A stretch of 55,664 nt of DNA from Candidatus Uhrbacteria bacterium GW2011_GWC2_41_11 (lineage in GTDB: Bacteria; Patescibacteriota; Patescibacteriia; UBA9934; GWF2-40-263). The position numbers and the translations under genes were made by a program. This document shows positions 51,344 through 55,664 of the stretch, piece by piece. The notes beneath the pieces are model-generated. The model was given only the letters and a program-made list of their open reading frames with translations, searched no databases and had not been told where the DNA came from. Location: the NCBI GenBank assembly GCA_000996355.1, contig LCAH01000010.1:1-55664 (forward strand). Direction: 5' to 3'. The number at the start of each line of letters is the position of its first letter. Positions within the stretch are counted from its first letter, which is position 1.

Positions 51344-51775
51344 TTATACGCCAAGCTGACCTAATTGTTCTGCGATACGCTCAGCATCATCTTCCGCTGT
51401 CTTCTTGTATTGCTCCCAGCGTTCACTGTCCCAAATCTCCATCCGGTTGTATAACCCAGCCACTACCGTATTTTTTCGGATCCCGGCATACGTACGGAGG
51501 TATTCCGGAATCATAACTCTTCCCTGTTTGTCCAGTTCTACGTCCATAGCGCCCGCAAGCATGAGTCGGGCGAAAGCGCGATTATTGGACTGCCCCAGGG
51601 GCAAATTGGCTAATTTCTCTGCCAACTTGTCCCACTCCTCCTTGGGGAACAGAAAAAGAGAAGTATCGAGCCCTCGGGTAATGACGGCCCCTTTCACAAG
51701 GTCTCCACGAAACTTGACTGGAACAGCCAACCGGCCTTTCTCATCAAGCGTGTGTTTGTATTCCCCGATAAACAT
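51344..51775 (-). CDS. mraZ: division/cell wall cluster transcriptional repressor MraZ
   Basis: MFIGEYKHTLDEKGRL and ELDKQGRVMIP motifs. Confidence 0.98.
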   Translation of the reverse strand: MFIGEYKHTLDEKGRLAVPVKFRGDLVKGAVITRGLDTSLFLFPKEEWDKLAEKLANLPLGQSNNRAFARLMLAGAMDVELDKQGRVMIPEYLRTYAGIRKNTVVAGLYNRMEIWDSERWEQYKKTAEDDAERIAEQLGQLGV

Positions 51776-51843
51776 GTAGTGGCTTTATGTAGGTGAAAAT
51801 GCTTCTAATAAAATATGAGCATCGGACCTATTTGATCCAATCC

Positions 51844-51894
51844 CCACTTTTCTCCACCTATAACCACTATATTCCACTTTATGACATGCGTCAA
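51844..51894 (-). promoter_or_regulatory. mraZ promoter with four MraZ-type GTGG boxes
   Basis: CCAC at 51844, 51854, 51864 and 51874 (exact 10-bp period); TTGACG-17-TATAGT overlaps the boxes. Confidence 0.85.
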
Positions 51895-51957
51895 TTTAAA
51901 AAGAAAGAGATAAAAAATGGCTAAAATAAAAAGAAAAAGAACTATACACATCCAAAC

Positions 51958-51981
51958 TGTGGATAATTTTGATTCCCCACA
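51958..51981. promoter_or_regulatory. DnaA box plus degenerate inverted partner
   Basis: TGTGGATAA (reverse complement TTATCCACA), 6 nt, then TTCCCCACA. Confidence 0.55.
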
Positions 51982-51991
51982 AAAAAACAAA

Positions 51992-52022
51992 AACCGGCTC
52001 TTGGTGAACCCAAGAACCGGTT
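51992..52022 (-). terminator. intrinsic terminator
   Basis: The minus strand reads AACCGGTTCTTGG-GTTCA-CCAAGAGCCGGTT followed by a T-tract. Confidence 0.8.
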
Positions 52023-52027
52023 AGTGG

Positions 52028-52735
52028 TTAGGTGGAGGTCTTCTCTATGACCTCCATCATTTTCTCTTTCCGTCTGGCAATGGTTCGATCAACCAAGACT
52101 AGAAGCGGATAGGAGACAAGCACCGAAATAAGTGGCGTGAAGAAGTAGCATACCAACAACATCAACGAAAGCGAAGTCGTGAACTCCACAGGGTCTAACT
52201 TCGGAACCATACCATAGAAAACAATGAGAATACTGACCATAATACTAGAAACGATCCAAAAACGGGTATGTCTATTAACATAAACCCACCCAAGACCGGA
52301 AAAAATGGCCACAAAAAAGGATAAACAGAACATTCCTGGATCTGGTATCAAAGGTACCCCAGACCATACGATAATCCGAAAAATCAAGAAGGCACCCAAG
52401 ACACCACCTAGAAATAGCCGTCCGAAATCCAGACGGACGATCTCCTCCATCCGATTCCGAATCCCCACATTTCCTTCAACAATAGGAGCGTATTTTCTTA
52501 CAAGGAGATTCAGGAAAATCTCCGGGATGACGAATATCAGGGAACAAAGTCCGATCCAGAGTTCCAACTGTTGCAAGAAAAAATGGTACCATAGGACTTC
52601 GGATGGCCAGATGATGGCCGGCAACCCATAAACCATGAACACAAAAATTGTAATCCCAGACCAGACAAGACCGACAGATTTTGTCGTTTTTTTCAGGTTC
52701 TTCACTCTTTTCCCTCTCCTGTTTTGAACGGACAA
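52028..52735 (-). CDS. hypothetical multi-pass membrane protein
   Basis: About 6 TM segments; the true start may be the GTG at 52705 after AGGGGA. Confidence 0.75.
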   Translation of the reverse strand: MSVQNRRGKRVKNLKKTTKSVGLVWSGITIFVFMVYGLPAIIWPSEVLWYHFFLQQLELWIGLCSLIFVIPEIFLNLLVRKYAPIVEGNVGIRNRMEEIVRLDFGRLFLGGVLGAFLIFRIIVWSGVPLIPDPGMFCLSFFVAIFSGLGWVYVNRHTRFWIVSSIMVSILIVFYGMVPKLDPVEFTTSLSLMLLVCYFFTPLISVLVSYPLLVLVDRTIARRKEKMMEVIEKTST

Positions 52736-52814
52736 CCTAGAACCAATGCTTCCGAAATGAAGCCAGTGATACCTTAGCTAAAAAATACAAAATTGTCAAT
52801 AGTTTTAAACAAAA

Positions 52815-54689
52815 CTACCAATTTATCATTCCATCCAATAAATCATCACTGATATTTGCATCACTCCATGAACTTACCCGACGAAGTGTTACATCTTTTT
52901 CCGCATCAGTCACCGTTCTTGGAAAACTTCCCTTAATACGCATGGGAATAAGCTCTAATGTTCGTTCTTTTCCCTTCCAATTTATTTTTGCAACCATTGT
53001 TTCATTTTCATCTTCACCAATTTGATCAAAAATAAAATTTCCAAGCGAATATAAAATCAATCCATCTTTATATTTCTCTACACCTTGCAACACATGCGGA
53101 TGATGACCAATCACAAGATCTGCTCCTGCATCAATGGCTACATGAGCCAAATTTATCTGATCTGTATTTGGTTCATGTTCATATTCCGCACCCCAATGAA
53201 AAGAAACAATCATAATACTCCCAAGTTTGGATGCTGTTTGAATTTGAGAAATGACCACTTTTGGATCAAGTGGTCGAATCAAATCTTCAAACGCCAAAAA
53301 AATAACTTGATGACCTTTTTCATTCCACACAACAGGTTCACCATCATTGCGATATCCTCCTACCGGTTCTATGTCTGATGTTTGTAAATATTGCGAGGAT
53401 TCTTTCCATGCAGCTTCCCCATAATCTCCTATATGATTATTGGAAACAGAAAGATGAGTAAATCCCAACAATTTCAAAACATCTGTCCGAGCAGGATCTG
53501 CTTTAAATCGTATTTCCTTTGGAATATCAACACTCGAAGAAGACAAAACACTTTCTAAATTTCCAAAGAGAAGATCACTTCCGGAAAGAATTTCCTGACT
53601 TGCCGCAAATGCTGTTTCCACTGTCGTTTTTGCAAGACGACTTGCTACTGCTCTCGCCAACATCACATCTCCCACAGCCGTAAGTGTGAGATTTTTGGAA
53701 ATAGGCTCTGCAAAAAAAACAAAATAACTTGTTCCAGGTTCATGAACCTTTCCAGTTAAAGATCCACTTGATTCATGCCAAATAAGATTTTCTTTCTGAT
53801 TACGCAAATCAATCCATTTCAAAAAAACATCCAATGCAAATGGAGAATCCAAATAATCTGCATGAAGTCCGTCAATCTTTGTATACAAGCGTTCTTGAAT
53901 GAGATCCAATGTCTCTTTATCGCGAAGATCGCTTTGAGCAACAGGTAAATAATGAGAAAAATCAATACTCGAAACCACAAGCGCATCATCCGGAAGTGTA
54001 CGATTTAAGATATCAACAAGGGCGGCGGCTCGCTCTTCGCCCGCTGGCGCTTTCGCAATGATTGGCAAAAGAGGTACACCCGGAAACAAGCGGGCGATAT
54101 ACGGAACATGTGTTCCTATGCTTTGCTCCTGTTCAAAAGACGCGGGCTCGTAAGCCGCCGCCCCACTTGCCACCAAATCTGATACAAGAGCATTATCTGT
54201 TTTGACCTTTCCCCCAGGAAACGACCAAACACCTGTTGTTGTCTGCACAAGCGCTTGCCCTTGATTTTGATGGGCGGGTCCAACAAGTACAATCACTGAT
54301 GGCTTTTTTCCAACAGCAAACTGCTTCCAAAAATTTCCAAGTTCATCTGCAAGTAATGTGTGATGTGGAAGAATGGCTGCTCGAATTGGTTCATTTCCTG
54401 CATCTTTCTCTTCATTCACAATAGACAGATTTGCCGATACATCCATGACTCCATTGATTCCGGAAATTTCTTCAAGGGTAAATTGAGGTTGAAGTTTAAA
54501 AAAAGATATTTTTTTATTGATTTCAGAAATAACTTGTTGAGAGGAATGATTTTTCTGAAACAATTTCTTTCCTGTCATTGGCGCTCCATATATGAATGCC
54601 ATCACAAAAACAATACCCAATACCAAGAGAGGGACGCCAAGCGCCCCTCTCATTATCCATTTCATCTTTTTTTCAAAAACATTTTTCAT
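52815..54689 (-). CDS. fusion of a MEMO1/AmmeMemoRadiSam-B-like domain and a CapA/PgsA metallophosphatase-like domain
   Basis: AILPHH, VGPAH and SSIDFSHY; then VGDVML, NLES, NNHIGDYG, SFHWG, IGHHPHV and YSLGNFIFDQ; N-terminal TM. Confidence 0.88.
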   Translation of the reverse strand: MKNVFEKKMKWIMRGALGVPLLVLGIVFVMAFIYGAPMTGKKLFQKNHSSQQVISEINKKISFFKLQPQFTLEEISGINGVMDVSANLSIVNEEKDAGNEPIRAAILPHHTLLADELGNFWKQFAVGKKPSVIVLVGPAHQNQGQALVQTTTGVWSFPGGKVKTDNALVSDLVASGAAAYEPASFEQEQSIGTHVPYIARLFPGVPLLPIIAKAPAGEERAAALVDILNRTLPDDALVVSSIDFSHYLPVAQSDLRDKETLDLIQERLYTKIDGLHADYLDSPFALDVFLKWIDLRNQKENLIWHESSGSLTGKVHEPGTSYFVFFAEPISKNLTLTAVGDVMLARAVASRLAKTTVETAFAASQEILSGSDLLFGNLESVLSSSSVDIPKEIRFKADPARTDVLKLLGFTHLSVSNNHIGDYGEAAWKESSQYLQTSDIEPVGGYRNDGEPVVWNEKGHQVIFLAFEDLIRPLDPKVVISQIQTASKLGSIMIVSFHWGAEYEHEPNTDQINLAHVAIDAGADLVIGHHPHVLQGVEKYKDGLILYSLGNFIFDQIGEDENETMVAKINWKGKERTLELIPMRIKGSFPRTVTDAEKDVTLRRVSSWSDANISDDLLDGMINW

Positions 54690-54691
54690 GT

Positions 54692-55498
54692 TTATTCTGT
54701 TATCTTCACGGTAGTTTCAGGCGAATGATTTGAAATTTCTGGATCACGACTTGAACGAATATATACAGATTCTGCTTCGTATGTTCCAGGCGTCACCACA
54801 CGTGCATAGTACGTCAATGTATTATCCCCACAAGCTGCATCAACATAATAATCATTATTCACAACAAAAGAAACGCGTTGATCAATCACCTGATTTGGAT
54901 AATCAACACATCCTTTTGTTTCATGATAATATCCTGTGGACATAGAGCTCGTCACTGGAGTCAAACCGGAAGGAAGCACATCAGTAATTTCATAATTTTC
55001 CGTCAAAGAACCGGGGATTTCTGTTCCGGAAACATCAGCTGTCTGCTCTACAGGTTGAGACGGATCAATCTTTCGTCCGGAAGGTGGAACGGTATAGTGA
55101 ATATCCACCCGAATCAAATCTCCTTCTTTGAAACTCTCTGGACCTCTAAATGGCATTTCGTCCGAAATATTTCTGAGCGCATTTCTTAAAAATGAAAATG
55201 CTTGATTTTGGAAGAATTCAGAAGGATAAGATTCATTATGCTTTCCTTGATAGGTCATTGCCCAAACTGGCTTGCCTTTAAGAAAGACTACTTCTCTTCC
55301 AGGAGCCCAGTCTTGTCCTGCGTAAGAGTCATGATACTCCCAATCCCCTTCTTTGAAATCATAATCTTTATGACCTGCTAATATGGGTTGCTCGCATCTA
55401 TGTAGTCTTCTTACTTCTTTTGGCGCAGCATATGTATTTCTGTGAGCTTTCGCTATAAATTGGAGTAGTTCTTCTTTATTAACTTGCGTCGTTTCCAT
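54692..55498 (-). CDS. apparent chimera: DUF5680-like N-half joined to a bacterial alpha-2-macroglobulin C-terminal domain
   Basis: YHDSYAG...GREVV...PVWAMTYQG...PFRGP, then GDLIRVDI...ITDVLPSGL...TYYARVVTPGTYEAE; junction at FKEGD (~55119-55133). Confidence 0.65.
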   Translation of the reverse strand: METTQVNKEELLQFIAKAHRNTYAAPKEVRRLHRCEQPILAGHKDYDFKEGDWEYHDSYAGQDWAPGREVVFLKGKPVWAMTYQGKHNESYPSEFFQNQAFSFLRNALRNISDEMPFRGPESFKEGDLIRVDIHYTVPPSGRKIDPSQPVEQTADVSGTEIPGSLTENYEITDVLPSGLTPVTSSMSTGYYHETKGCVDYPNQVIDQRVSFVVNNDYYVDAACGDNTLTYYARVVTPGTYEAESVYIRSSRDPEISNHSPETTVKITE

Positions 55499-55576
55499 TG
55501 TTAAATTTCTCAGAATCTGACGTCTGAAGCGCCACCACCTATAAAACTGATTATGAGGTGGTTTAAAAAATCTCCT

Positions 55577-55598
55577 ATTTTGCGGGTGCCCGCAAAAT
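55577..55598. terminator. perfect palindromic hairpin
   Basis: ATTTTGCGGG-TG-CCCGCAAAAT. Confidence 0.55.
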
Positions 55599-55664
55599 TT
55601 CTAACTACTCTTCTTCTTGACTTTCTTTGTACTGAGCAAGCAGTTCTTGTCCTCGTCAGGAATC

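Noticed and set aside
55605-55664. 3' end of a gene entering from beyond the window
   Set aside because: The segment is too short to decide the frame or product.

Overview
A 55.7 kb window of an AT-rich bacterial chromosome that looks like Patescibacteria (CPR, Parcubacteria-like). This assignment is an inference from the compact operons, the lack of Shine-Dalgarno (SD) sites on core genes, the short hrcA and metK, the pilin/pilM genes and the coupling-protein-like ATPase. The genetic code is standard: TGA and TAG both end genes. Most of the window is housekeeping: tRNA-Ser, lgt-gatAC-ligA, hrcA-grpE-dnaK-dnaJ with CIRCE, metK, dnaX, cysS, rnhA, recJ, lepA, folD, dnaB-ybaB-recR, rplU, tgt and mraZ-rsmH-ftsL. 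Interspersed accessory genes carry strong SD sites. Five observations stand out. (1) A six-gene polyamine-linked membrane operon at 1.0-7.1 kb (DUF2617-like, large lipoprotein, DUF350, membrane-fused aminopropyltransferase, two DUF4178-like genes) whose first gene has an in-frame TAG. (2) Two related ~125 bp structured elements with terminal inverted repeats and 5-bp flanking direct repeats, each ending exactly 7 nt before a start codon. (3) A complete 1171-bp IS256/Mutator-like element with a 9-bp target duplication that splits a receiver-domain gene, which can be fully reconstructed. (4) Several apparent deletion junctions: a frameshifted BI-1 gene, a Clp ATPase lacking its second AAA module, and a DUF5680/alpha-2-macroglobulin chimera. 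(5) MraZ boxes plus a DnaA box upstream of the division operon. All family names come from motif recognition and memory; no database search was run.
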